From Candidatus Bathyarchaeota archaeon (lineage in GTDB: Archaea > Thermoproteota > CALKCG01 > B24 > JAGTQN01), in the NCBI GenBank assembly GCA_018396395.1, contig JAGTQN010000001.1, forward strand, positions 1-54,755: DNA of 54,755 nt, in the 5' to 3' direction. The notes below the pieces were generated by a model that did no database searches, was not told the origin of the DNA, and was given only the letters and a program-made list of their open reading frames with translations. Positions 1-8,372 of the stretch are shown here, piece after piece (within the stretch, counting starts at the first letter, position 1; each line of letters starts with the position of its first letter). The translations under genes and the position numbers were made by a program.

Positions 1-195
1 AACAACTTCCAGTAAGGAAGATGCCCATCCTCAATATATAGGCGCCTCATAAGGCTTTTCGTCCTATGGTATAACTTCATAAGGCGCATAAAACCCTAGG
101 AAGACTGCCAGAAATACCAATAACTTGACAGTATCGGAGCCATCGTAAGTAAGGCTTATTTAGACCTCACATGTAGCATAATATGAGATCTTAAA

Positions 196-807
196 ATGTC
201 ACATGTGATACCAACAGGTCACACCCTCAGGGAGATGAGGCTTTCAGCTCGCCTGACTCAGAAGGCCTTAGCTGAGAGAACTGGCTTAAGTCAAGCCCTC
301 ATATCGAGAATAGAAAGGGGATCCGTTGATCCTCGCATATCGACCCTAAGAAAAATTATAGATGTCCTCAATTCTTTGGTAATCCATTCAACGTATGCCC
401 GTGATATCATGAGAAGCCCTGTGATCTCTGTGAACGCATCACAACCTCTGAGGGTGGCTGTGGAGCTTATGAAGAGGTATGATATATCGCAATTGCCAGT
501 TATGCGGGCAGGGTCCGTTGTTGGAAGTATTCAAGAATCTACGATTATCCAAAAAATAGCTCAAGTGAAGGAGGTCTCCAGTCTCTTTCAGGAGCCTGTC
601 GATAAGTTCATGGAGGAGCCTTTTCCTTTTATAAGTCCCGAAACGCCCGTTGAAGACCTCGTCATCCTTCTATCGAAGGGTATCCCAGCCTTATTGGTCA
701 TGGAGAGGAAGAAACTTGTTGGAATAATAACGAAGATTGATTTGATAACCGCCCTTCTGAAGAAGGGCGAGGGCTTTCAGCTAATTAAAGGAGGTGCTTC
801 CTCATAG
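196..807 (+). CDS. Transcriptional regulator: XRE-type HTH fused to a CBS-domain pair
   Basis: N-terminal LREMRLSARLTQKALAERTGLSQALISRIERG is a classic XRE/Cro helix-turn-helix. The rest (ARDIMRSPVISV, ISQLPVM, VGIITKIDL) reads as two CBS repeats. ATG start, with TATA-like cttatttag about 35 bp upstream. Confidence 0.8.
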   Translation: MSHVIPTGHTLREMRLSARLTQKALAERTGLSQALISRIERGSVDPRISTLRKIIDVLNSLVIHSTYARDIMRSPVISVNASQPLRVAVELMKRYDISQLPVMRAGSVVGSIQESTIIQKIAQVKEVSSLFQEPVDKFMEEPFPFISPETPVEDLVILLSKGIPALLVMERKKLVGIITKIDLITALLKKGEGFQLIKGGASS

Positions 808-818
808 ACCCTCTATTT

Positions 819-1547
819 TTGGTAGCTATAGGAGCCGTTGGGCTATCCATCTCCATCGCATGTAGCATAATTTGGTTCGAGAGTAGAAGTACTAGGGAAA
901 TCTCGAAATATCTTGTAAAGGCCTTCAATGAACGTCTTGCAAGGCAAGAAAGCCAACTAGAGGTTCTGAGGCAAGATACTTCTGAAAATACTATGGCTAT
1001 AAACAAACTTGTCCGTAGGGAGGAATTAAGGGGAGCTAGGATTGAAGACTTGGAAAAAAGTGTGATTCTTTCCTTGGAAGCCGCAAGGAAAGTGTTACAT
1101 CACACCCTAGCATTCGAGGGTAGGCTAAGAAATTTGGAGGTGAAGCTCAAAGAAATCGAGGAGGGGCGCCATAACCCTCAGATCCAGGAAATTAAGAAGG
1201 AGTTGAAAGATTTGGCTAGCAAGATTGAAAGCTATGAAATACTTCGCCAAGAAGGCATTAGAAGCGAGATAAAGGAGAATATAATCTTGGAGGAGAAAGG
1301 GGTTCTTTCCAAACTAACACCAACGGAACTAAAAGTTTTGAAGTTATTGTCTTCCGATGGCGCCAAGACGAGTAGGCAAATTGAACAGGTTCTTGGAAAA
1401 ACTAGGGAGCATACTGCCCGTCTTATGAAAAAGTTGTATGTGGAGGGCTATGTCGAAAGGAATTCGGAAAGGCTTCCCTACATATATAGAATCAATGAAA
1501 GGGTTAGAAAGGCCTTAGAAAGCGCTAAATCCCCCAAAGAGGTCTAA
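819..1547 (+). CDS. Membrane-anchored coiled-coil protein with C-terminal winged-helix (MarR/TrmB-like) domain
   Basis: One N-terminal hydrophobic helix (VAIGAVGLSISIACSIIWF) is followed by about 130 aa of E/K/L/R-rich heptad-like sequence. The C-terminus reads LTPTELKVLKLLSSDGAKTSRQIEQVLGKTREHTARLMKKLYVEGYVER. TTG start 12 nt after the upstream stop, so probably co-transcribed. Confidence 0.6.
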   Translation: MVAIGAVGLSISIACSIIWFESRSTREISKYLVKAFNERLARQESQLEVLRQDTSENTMAINKLVRREELRGARIEDLEKSVILSLEAARKVLHHTLAFEGRLRNLEVKLKEIEEGRHNPQIQEIKKELKDLASKIESYEILRQEGIRSEIKENIILEEKGVLSKLTPTELKVLKLLSSDGAKTSRQIEQVLGKTREHTARLMKKLYVEGYVERNSERLPYIYRINERVRKALESAKSPKEV

Positions 1548-1975
1548 ACATTCTTCATCATCTGGGAGAATTTTGCCATTTTATAACGCCTTTCTGCTCT
1601 AGATCCAGCTTTCATTAGGAAGCCTGTCTCCGAAAGCCTTTGGAGATAAGTCGAAACTGTGCTGAGGGCTATGGGCTCTTTAAAGACATCTTCATAAGTC
1701 AATTGAATCTCTTTAGAAGAAAACCATCCAATAGGAAAATGTCCTTTTATTATTCCTTTAATCCTTTCAAGCTTAGTAGTATCCGGTTGTTGTCCCTCGA
1801 AGCGTTCTAGGGGATGGTTTTTGGATAGCCCTCCCATCATCTCGAAAAGATCTAGAATTTGGAGGACCTTATCCCTCGATACATTTCCTTCAAGCGAAAT
1901 CGTAAGCCTGTTTCCATCCGAATCGTACAGTTGAAATCGAAGCTTAGAAGGTGCCATAAGCCCATACCACCTCAA
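1544..1975 (-). CDS. Hypothetical small protein with winged-helix-like C-terminus
   Basis: 143-aa ORF, convergent with 819..1547 and overlapping it by 4 nt. ALSTVSTYLQRLSETGFLMKAGSRAERRYKM resembles a recognition helix plus wing. No family recognised; the true start could be the internal Met 7. Confidence 0.45.
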   Translation of the reverse strand: MRWYGLMAPSKLRFQLYDSDGNRLTISLEGNVSRDKVLQILDLFEMMGGLSKNHPLERFEGQQPDTTKLERIKGIIKGHFPIGWFSSKEIQLTYEDVFKEPIALSTVSTYLQRLSETGFLMKAGSRAERRYKMAKFSQMMKNV

Positions 1976-2139
1976 ATTTTTCTGTGCTCAATGAAGTTCG
2001 AAGTTGTGAAGTTGTAGAGGAAAAACATGAAATCTCGGATAGAGTAGAGAAAAAACCATTTTTTGCAGAGTATTTTCGATTCACAATTTCACAAAGGCTA
2101 GAAAGGTAAAAAAGAGATTTTGAATCTTTTTGAACGATT

Positions 2140-2160
2140 CTCCAGTGGAAATCAAGGGGT
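2140..2160 (+). promoter_or_regulatory. Origin recognition box ORB1 (Orc1/Cdc6 binding site)
   Basis: ctccagtggaaatcaaggggt contains the TCCA-N-TGGA dyad and a 3' GGGGT string, both typical of archaeal ORB elements. Confidence 0.75.
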
Positions 2161-2317
2161 TCAAATGTAGGGTCTTGTGAAAGGTTTCTAATATGGGGAA
2201 GGAGGGAGATTCTTGCTTTAATGGTTGTAGGGAAGGTTCGGGTTTCATATAGTTCACAGTCAAAAGCTCCTCGATGGTTACTAGGGTTTTCTAAAGGATC
2301 CTTAGGGATCCGCTCCC

Positions 2318-2338
2318 ACCCCTGTTTTTCCACTGGAG
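2318..2338 (-). promoter_or_regulatory. Origin recognition box ORB2, inverted relative to ORB1
   Basis: The minus strand reads ctccagtggaaaaacaggggt, which is 18/21 identical to ORB1. Confidence 0.75.
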
Positions 2339-2340
2339 AG

Positions 2341-2495
2341 TCATCTCCTTTTTGTATTTTCTTCTCTCCTTTTAGGAGAGAATAGAGTCCAAATGTTAAT
2401 CTCTTCTTAACAATTAAAAATTCCTATAAATGGAAATTGAATTTTTATAAAATTTTTTAAACATACTCCCATATACCAGAATTCCTTTGGGAAAT
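2341..2495. other. AT-rich candidate duplex unwinding element of oriC
   Basis: Lies between the inverted ORB2 and ORB3. Contains runs such as caattaaaaattcctataaatggaaattgaatttttataaaattttttaaac, clearly more AT-rich than the flanking coding DNA. Confidence 0.55.
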
Positions 2496-2516
2496 TTCCA
2501 GTTGAAATAGTGGCGT
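2496..2516 (+). promoter_or_regulatory. Degenerate ORB3 / mini-ORB
   Basis: ttccagttgaaatagtggcgt matches ORB1 at 15/21 positions. The dyad is partly kept. Confidence 0.45.
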
Positions 2517-2618
2517 AGGTGATTAATACCCCACACTCTTATACATCTTATTTCTCACCATCAATTTCAACCTCATTGAGAAGTTTAAAGAAAACAGTCT
2601 AGTTTATTGTATTACTAT

Positions 2619-2627
2619 CTTTTTTAT
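2619..2627 (+). promoter_or_regulatory. TATA-like box of orc1/cdc6 (spacing suggests a leaderless transcript)
   Basis: ctttttta lies about 25-30 bp upstream of the ATG at 2651, the usual archaeal TATA-to-start spacing. No Shine-Dalgarno-like motif lies between them. Confidence 0.4.
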
Positions 2628-2650
2628 CACATGCTAATAACTTAATTAAT

Positions 2651-3844
2651 ATGGAGAGTCCTGCGCTATCGGAGATTTTCAACCATTTCTTGAAACAGTC
2701 CATAATCCTGAAGAACCGTGAAGCTCTTCGACCAGACTATGTTCCCGATCATTTACCTCATCGAGATGAGCAGATTAGAAAGCTTGGATGGATTTTAGCT
2801 CCTGTATTAAAGGGATCGAGATGCTCAAATATGTTCATATATGGAAAACCTGGGACTGGTAAGACTGCCGTTACCCGTTTCGTCTTACAACACCTATCCG
2901 CGAAGAGTTCCGAGATAGATACTCCCCTTAGCGTTTCTTATATCAACTGCCGTCTTGCTGGAAGCGAATATAGGGTTCTCTCAATGCTGAGTCAATCAGT
3001 AAAGGTACCAGTCCCCTTTACAGGAATAGCTACCGCTGAAGTTTTCGACCGCTTTAAACAAGGTCTCAAAGCCATGGGAGGTATTCTTATCAGCGTTCTA
3101 GATGAGGTAGATATGCTTGTAAAAGCGAGCGGTGATAAGCTTCTTTATGAGCTTACAAGGATTAACGAAACCTCACCAACAGGAAAGATTGTTCTGATAG
3201 GCATATCGAACGATCTAAACTTTAAGGATCTTTTAGATCCAAGGGTTCTCAGTAGCCTTAGTGAGGAAGAAATCGTTTTCCATCCATATACGGCCGATGA
3301 GTTATACGATATCCTACTCGATCGGGCAAAGATAGCCTTAGTTCAAGATGGTGTTACAGAGGGGGCCTTAAGGCTATGTGCAGCTTTGGCTGCCGCAGAG
3401 CACGGGGATGCCAGGAGGGCTCTAGACCTCCTGAGAGTTGCTGGGGAGCTAGCTGAGCGGGAGGGAGGAAGAGCCATTACAGAGGATTATATTCGAAAGG
3501 CACAGTGGAAAATAGAGCATGATAGAGTGACAGAGGTTCTAAGGACCCTTCCTCTCCATCAAAGGCTTGTCCTCTATAGCGTTTATTTTACACAACAAGA
3601 AAATCCAAAAGAAACCCTAACGGGGAATATCTATGAGACGTACGAGAGGATTTGTAGAAAGGCTGGAATGGAACCCCTTACCCAGAGACGGGTAAGCGGT
3701 CTCCTAAATGAGCTTGACGCCATGGGAATCGTGAACTCTAAACTCGTCAATCTAGGAAGACATGGTCGCTCAAAAAGGGTCCGTTTAAGCATACCCATGG
3801 AACAGGTTCAATCCCTTTTAAAGGAAGAGACCCGTCTATCATAA
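2651..3844 (+). CDS. cdc6: Orc1/Cdc6 replication initiator (AAA+ ATPase with C-terminal winged helix)
   Basis: N-terminal LRPDYVPDHLPHRDEQI and Walker A GKPGTGKT. Walker B LDEVD, sensor region GISND, and RRALDLLRVAGE. The C-terminal winged-helix region reads LTQRRVSGLLNELDAMGIV. The gene sits directly beside the ORB elements. Confidence 0.95.
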   Translation: MESPALSEIFNHFLKQSIILKNREALRPDYVPDHLPHRDEQIRKLGWILAPVLKGSRCSNMFIYGKPGTGKTAVTRFVLQHLSAKSSEIDTPLSVSYINCRLAGSEYRVLSMLSQSVKVPVPFTGIATAEVFDRFKQGLKAMGGILISVLDEVDMLVKASGDKLLYELTRINETSPTGKIVLIGISNDLNFKDLLDPRVLSSLSEEEIVFHPYTADELYDILLDRAKIALVQDGVTEGALRLCAALAAAEHGDARRALDLLRVAGELAEREGGRAITEDYIRKAQWKIEHDRVTEVLRTLPLHQRLVLYSVYFTQQENPKETLTGNIYETYERICRKAGMEPLTQRRVSGLLNELDAMGIVNSKLVNLGRHGRSKRVRLSIPMEQVQSLLKEETRLS

Positions 3845-3870
3845 TAACTAGCCATTATCGCTTTTCTCTT

Positions 3871-4500
3871 ATGGGGTCGGGTTTGCTTCCTTCTCCTTCG
3901 CAACAAGTATGGGAGATCATTCCTAGAAAAAAGATAGAGGAAACCAAGGCCTTAGCCTTCGAAGATGGCCCCTTCACAAAAAAGATCGGAACAAAGAAAA
4001 GGAGGGCGCCCCTTATAGCCGTTCTTACTAAGGGCTTTATGGTTTTGAAGATAGCCTTTGATTATCTTAAGGTTGATGGTAGTGAAGCCACGGATCTTAT
4101 GATAGACTTGGAGAAGCATCTTTCAAGCGATGAGGATATAAATATAATATTCCTCCATGGAGTAGCCTATGCCGGTTTTAATGTTGTGGACGTCCAGCGT
4201 CTAAGGGAAGCCACAAATCGCCCTATAATCCTCGTCTTGAGATCCAAACCCAATCCTGAAGCCGTTAAAGAGGCTTTGATAAAGCATTTCAGAGACTGGG
4301 ATAGGCGCCTCGATATTATAAGCAAGGCAGGAGATCCCAGATTCTTCGAGGTATATCCAGGGATACCCATCTTCTACGAAACCATTGGAATGGAAGCCCA
4401 CGAAGCGGAAGCCCTCATAAGAGCCTTTACGATCCTTGGAAAGACCCCCGAACCCCTTAGAATAGCAAGGATCTTGGCAGAGGCCTTAGGCACCTTCTGA
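3871..4500 (+). CDS. DUF99 / UPF0215 family protein (endonuclease V-like fold)
   Basis: FEDGPF, LKVDGSEATD, HGVAYAGFNVVD and NRPIILVLRSKPNPEAV match my recollection of archaeal UPF0215 proteins. The size (209 aa) fits. Confidence 0.7.
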   Translation: MGSGLLPSPSQQVWEIIPRKKIEETKALAFEDGPFTKKIGTKKRRAPLIAVLTKGFMVLKIAFDYLKVDGSEATDLMIDLEKHLSSDEDINIIFLHGVAYAGFNVVDVQRLREATNRPIILVLRSKPNPEAVKEALIKHFRDWDRRLDIISKAGDPRFFEVYPGIPIFYETIGMEAHEAEALIRAFTILGKTPEPLRIARILAEALGTF

Positions 4501-5385
4501 GGCTTTGATCTCAAAACCCGAAATCCTTTCCATTCCCACAATTGCGGCTGAAGTTCCCCTATCTCCCATCCCTAAGGCCTCAACTATTCTGAACAACTGA
4601 CTGACTAAGGCCGTTCCTGGAAGAGGTATCTTCAAATCTTCCGCTAAAGAAAGGGCATGGTGCAGGTCCTTTAATTGATGGCTTATTTTAAAACCAGGCT
4701 CAAAATCTCTCTTTATCATTTTAGGAGCCAAATTAGAAAGCATCCAGGATGAGGCAGCCCCTCCCGTTACCACATTCAGCATTTTTTGAAGATCAAGTCC
4801 CGCCTTGGCCGCGAGCATAAGTCCTTCACAAACTGCTTGGATGTTGAGGGCGCATATGACTTGATTGCATAGCTTTGTGATCTGTCCAGAACCGCTTGAT
4901 CCCATATAGGTAATCCTCTTTCCCAGGACCTGGAAAATTGGTAGACATTCTTTGAAGGCATCCTCGGGCCCCCCAACCATGATGGACAGGGTTCCCTGTG
5001 TCGCCCCCACATCTCCTCCGCTTACAGGGGCATCCAGCATCTTTACGCCCTTCTTCTCAAGCTCCTTTGCTATTCTTATGGTTACACGAGGGGATATGGT
5101 ACTCATATCAACGACGATGAGCCCTGGATGGGCTCCCTCTATCACCCCTTGGGATCCTAGGATTACTTGCTCCACATCTGGGGAATCTGCCACCATGGTT
5201 ATCACAACATCGGATTTTTCAGCCACATCCTTCGGAGATTCCCCAGCCACTGCTCCCATGCTGACAAGACCTCGCATCTTCTCCCTAGTCCTATTCCAAA
5301 CGGTTAGTGGATATCCTGCCTTCAAAATATTCGTAGCCATGGGCATTCCCATGACCCCTAAGCCTATAAAGCCAACCCGCTTCAC
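4486..5385 (-). CDS. NAD(P)-dependent 3-hydroxyisobutyrate / 2-hydroxy-3-oxopropionate reductase family dehydrogenase
   Basis: Rossmann start MKRVGFIGLGVMGMPMATNILKAGY. DAPVSGG and the C-terminal helical domain are typical of the HIBADH/6PGDH-like family. Confidence 0.85.
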   Translation of the reverse strand: MKRVGFIGLGVMGMPMATNILKAGYPLTVWNRTREKMRGLVSMGAVAGESPKDVAEKSDVVITMVADSPDVEQVILGSQGVIEGAHPGLIVVDMSTISPRVTIRIAKELEKKGVKMLDAPVSGGDVGATQGTLSIMVGGPEDAFKECLPIFQVLGKRITYMGSSGSGQITKLCNQVICALNIQAVCEGLMLAAKAGLDLQKMLNVVTGGAASSWMLSNLAPKMIKRDFEPGFKISHQLKDLHHALSLAEDLKIPLPGTALVSQLFRIVEALGMGDRGTSAAIVGMERISGFEIKASEGA

Positions 5386-5467
5386 TCAAATCCCTCCTTC
5401 TGCATAAGAAAGATTATTCTTCCTGATGGAATACTCTAACCTTTGATAAAAAGAAACATCATATGCT

Positions 5468-7015
5468 TTAAGGGTTTCTAAAGTCCAAGGATATAACTTC
5501 CATGGTTGACAGGTTAAGGATTGGGACTTGAGCAGGGGTGGGGTCAATCCCATTCTTCTTCAAATATTCAGTTTGCCCTTGCCACGTGCCAGAGTTCACT
5601 ATCAAGGTTCCCCTATAGGTCTTATACTTATAAACGTGAACATGTCCTGCTTGAAAAACATCGGGAGGCTCTTCTATGACTAAATAATCCTTTTTTTGGG
5701 GGGTTATGGGAGTCCTCTCCCCATAAATTGGGGATAGGTGCCTAGCCCTCAGCAGAAGCTCCATGGCTTCATGGGGTTCGCTGAAGGACATATTGGGAGC
5801 CGAAGCTACTACGTCCGGAAGGCTATTTCCATGATAAAGGAGGAACTCAAGGCCGTGAAGCCTTACTCGGGCTGGGTTTCCTAGGAGGTGTAGATTCCCT
5901 AAGCCAAGGAGGGGTTCGGCATACTTCTTAAGGATCGCTGGTTGAGGGAGGGATCGTCTAGAGGCATCGTGATTTCCTGGTATGGCGATGATCTCCACAT
6001 GTTCAGGGATCTCCTGAAGGTAGGAAGCCACAAGCCCATACTGCTCGTAGACATCCGATATGTTTAGCTCCTTTTCTTGCTCAGGATAGATGCCAATACC
6101 ATCGACGAGGTCCCCAGCTATGATTAGGTATTTCACAGTTCCAGCCAGATCCCTTTCCCATGGTGTACCCAGTTCCCCCTTCAGCCATCGGATGAAACGA
6201 TTTAGGCTCCTTCCGAGGAATTTGGTGCTTCCCACATGGAGGTCTGATGTCATAACCACTGAAACCTCAGCCTCAGCCTTGCGCTGGGGATGATCCGGAA
6301 CCTCTGGCCAAAGGATTTCCGAAGCTACCATTCTTCCCTCTCCTACCATGGAACCCACAACGCATATTACTTGATCAAGAAAAATCCTCTGGGCCCTATC
6401 AACTAGGGAGCGCTCTGCATTATGGGGAACGATGACCGTTAGGCTGGACTCTAGGTCCTCGATCTCTAGGCGAGTAATCCCACCTCTTGTTCGCTTATCA
6501 GTGACAAGTCCAATTACCTTCACACCCTTAGCTGTAGGCATCTTAAGGGCTTGTTGTATCGATACAGCATCTCTAGCATCGATCCTCTGCCTGAGAATCT
6601 TCTCTAAACGCCTGAATCGATCCCTAAAGTATTCGATGAAATCCTCGAAGGATGCCTTGGCTTCCATAAATTCTGTAGGATCGAAAAGGATATCGAGCTT
6701 CGTTTCCACCTCGGCAGCTGGAACCCTTGGGGCTTTGGCAACAGCTTCTAACCCCAAGGTACTGGCTTGTTCCTTTGGCTGTAAAAAGCTAAAGGCTTCC
6801 TCCAACAGATTCTTTGAAAGCCAAAGGGGCCGCTCCTCAGGTGATGCAGCCACCTTGGTGGCCTCCTTGACAATCTCATCCAAGTCTACATCTGGTGGAA
6901 GCCTAGATAGGAACTCAAAGCCCTCTTGGTCGATCTGATAGCCAAGCTTAAGGGCAGATACGATGGCCCTTTTAAGTCTCTCATGATGGGGATCTTTAGT
7001 CGTATTGGTTGACAA
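5468..7015 (-). CDS. polB: DNA polymerase II (PolD) small subunit DP1
   Basis: An OB-fold region precedes calcineurin-like phosphoesterase motifs: VMTSDLHVGS, IIAGDLVDGIGIY, PGNHD, GHVH. Size and architecture fit archaeal DP1. Confidence 0.9.
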   Translation of the reverse strand: MSTNTTKDPHHERLKRAIVSALKLGYQIDQEGFEFLSRLPPDVDLDEIVKEATKVAASPEERPLWLSKNLLEEAFSFLQPKEQASTLGLEAVAKAPRVPAAEVETKLDILFDPTEFMEAKASFEDFIEYFRDRFRRLEKILRQRIDARDAVSIQQALKMPTAKGVKVIGLVTDKRTRGGITRLEIEDLESSLTVIVPHNAERSLVDRAQRIFLDQVICVVGSMVGEGRMVASEILWPEVPDHPQRKAEAEVSVVMTSDLHVGSTKFLGRSLNRFIRWLKGELGTPWERDLAGTVKYLIIAGDLVDGIGIYPEQEKELNISDVYEQYGLVASYLQEIPEHVEIIAIPGNHDASRRSLPQPAILKKYAEPLLGLGNLHLLGNPARVRLHGLEFLLYHGNSLPDVVASAPNMSFSEPHEAMELLLRARHLSPIYGERTPITPQKKDYLVIEEPPDVFQAGHVHVYKYKTYRGTLIVNSGTWQGQTEYLKKNGIDPTPAQVPILNLSTMEVISLDFRNP

Positions 7016-7140
7016 GGCAGCACCACGATTTTCTTATTCTTATTTTTACCTCACCATATCTTGGGAATAGGTTCGTCTCACAAATTATCTTTACTGCATT
7101 TGAGGTTTAAAAGGAACCCTTGAAGAAAAGGAGTTGATCC

Positions 7141-8310
7141 TTGATCTCCCTCTTTTCCAATCGTCAGAAGCCTACGACCTGTCTCTTATGCGGGGAGGCT
7201 AAGCCTAGGCAAGTTTCTTCAGCCTTGGGCGTCTGCTTAGATTGCCTGAGAAGACATCCTGAGGAAGCCCTTCCCATCATCATCAAAGTCCATGGGAAGG
7301 TCCGTGCTCCATGGGGGCTCCCTCCTAAGCCTCCGAAGACTCACGGCGGTATTCCATGCAACCTATGTTCTAATGAATGCCTTATAGGACCTGGCGAAGT
7401 CGGATATTGCGGCCTTAGGCAAAACATCGGCGGACGCCTAGTATCGAAGGTGAAGACTGACGCAGCCCTTCTCCATTATTACTTGGATCCCCATGTAACA
7501 AACTGCTGTAGCGCCTACTTCTGTCCAGCCGGAACGGGTGCAGGCTTTCCAAAATTCGCCTATAGACCCGGTCCTGAGATCGGCTACTATAACCTAGCGA
7601 TCTTCTTCTACGCTTGCAACTTCGATTGCCTCTTCTGCCAGAATGCGTCCCATAAAGCCTTGGGGGAAGCTCCTTTAGTAACGGCTGAAGAGATTGTGAG
7701 GGCAACCGTCCTGAATGAAAGGATTTCCTGCTGGTGCTTCTTTGGTGGTTCCCCTGAGCCCCAACTACCCTTCGCCCTGAAGGCCTCGGAAAAAGTCCTG
7801 GAAGCCCTCAAGGGTAAAAGAATTCTCCGAATATGCTTCGAATGGAATGGTTGTGGCAATCAAAGCCTTGTAGAGCGTGCAGCCCAGCTAGCCTTGGAAA
7901 GCGGTGGAAACCTAAAGTTTGATCTAAAGGCCTTCACGCCAAGCCTGAGCATCGCCCTAAGCGGAGTCCCCAATTCCAGAGCCTTCGAAAACTTTAGGAT
8001 GGTTTATGAAAGATTTTACAAAAAGCGTCAAGATCTTCCGGTTTTGACGGCTACAACACTCCTCGTTCCTGGCTATGTGGATGCCTTAGAGATCGACGGA
8101 ATAGCCAGGTTTATAGCCTCTTTAGATCGAAAAATCCCCTACAGCCTCCTTGTCTTCCATCCAAACTTTGCCATGAGGGACCTTCCCATCACACCAATCG
8201 AACAGGTGAGGGAATGCCTCCAGGCTGCCGAGAGACACTTGGACCACGTCCATGTAGGAAACCTCCATCTTCTAGGCTTCGCTTCTATGGAAAAGCTCAA
8301 ATCCATCTAA
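7141..8310 (+). CDS. Radical SAM protein (PflA / AmmeMemoRadiSam-like) with N-terminal Cys-rich region
   Basis: Cx3Cx2C cluster motif in YACNFDCLFCQN. Upstream cysteine pairs are CLLCGE..CLDC and CNLCSNEC..YCG. TTG start. Confidence 0.7.
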   Translation: MISLFSNRQKPTTCLLCGEAKPRQVSSALGVCLDCLRRHPEEALPIIIKVHGKVRAPWGLPPKPPKTHGGIPCNLCSNECLIGPGEVGYCGLRQNIGGRLVSKVKTDAALLHYYLDPHVTNCCSAYFCPAGTGAGFPKFAYRPGPEIGYYNLAIFFYACNFDCLFCQNASHKALGEAPLVTAEEIVRATVLNERISCWCFFGGSPEPQLPFALKASEKVLEALKGKRILRICFEWNGCGNQSLVERAAQLALESGGNLKFDLKAFTPSLSIALSGVPNSRAFENFRMVYERFYKKRQDLPVLTATTLLVPGYVDALEIDGIARFIASLDRKIPYSLLVFHPNFAMRDLPITPIEQVRECLQAAERHLDHVHVGNLHLLGFASMEKLKSI

Positions 8311-8372
8311 CGATGGGATGATTGGGCTTAAAATCGAGAAAAAGCCTAGGGCGAAGCTCCTGAAGTTTCCTG

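Noticed and set aside
1-88. Open minus-strand frame running off the left edge (MRLMKLYHRTKSLMRRLYIEDGHLPYWKL...)
   Set aside because: Only about 29 codons are visible and no motif is recognisable. This cannot be distinguished from chance.
1944-2333. 129-aa and 60-aa minus-strand ORFs (1944..2333 and 2081..2263) from the ORF track
   Set aside because: They lie on top of the ORB1 and ORB2 origin boxes. They have low-complexity, unremarkable translations with no recognisable motif, and they overlap the 5' end of 1544..1975. Most likely non-coding origin DNA.
4952-5407. 151-aa plus-strand ORF, and similar long antisense ORFs (for example 6432..6938, 23526..23888, 38327..38779, 42510..42869, 42900..43276, 48867..49169)
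   Set aside because: Each is fully antisense to a gene with strong family motifs. Their translations are Ser/Pro/Arg-rich shadow frames.
8311-8372. Possible C/D-box sRNA (gggatgatt ... ctga) between convergent genes
   Set aside because: The C box does not match RUGAUGA, and there are no C' or D' boxes or terminal stem.
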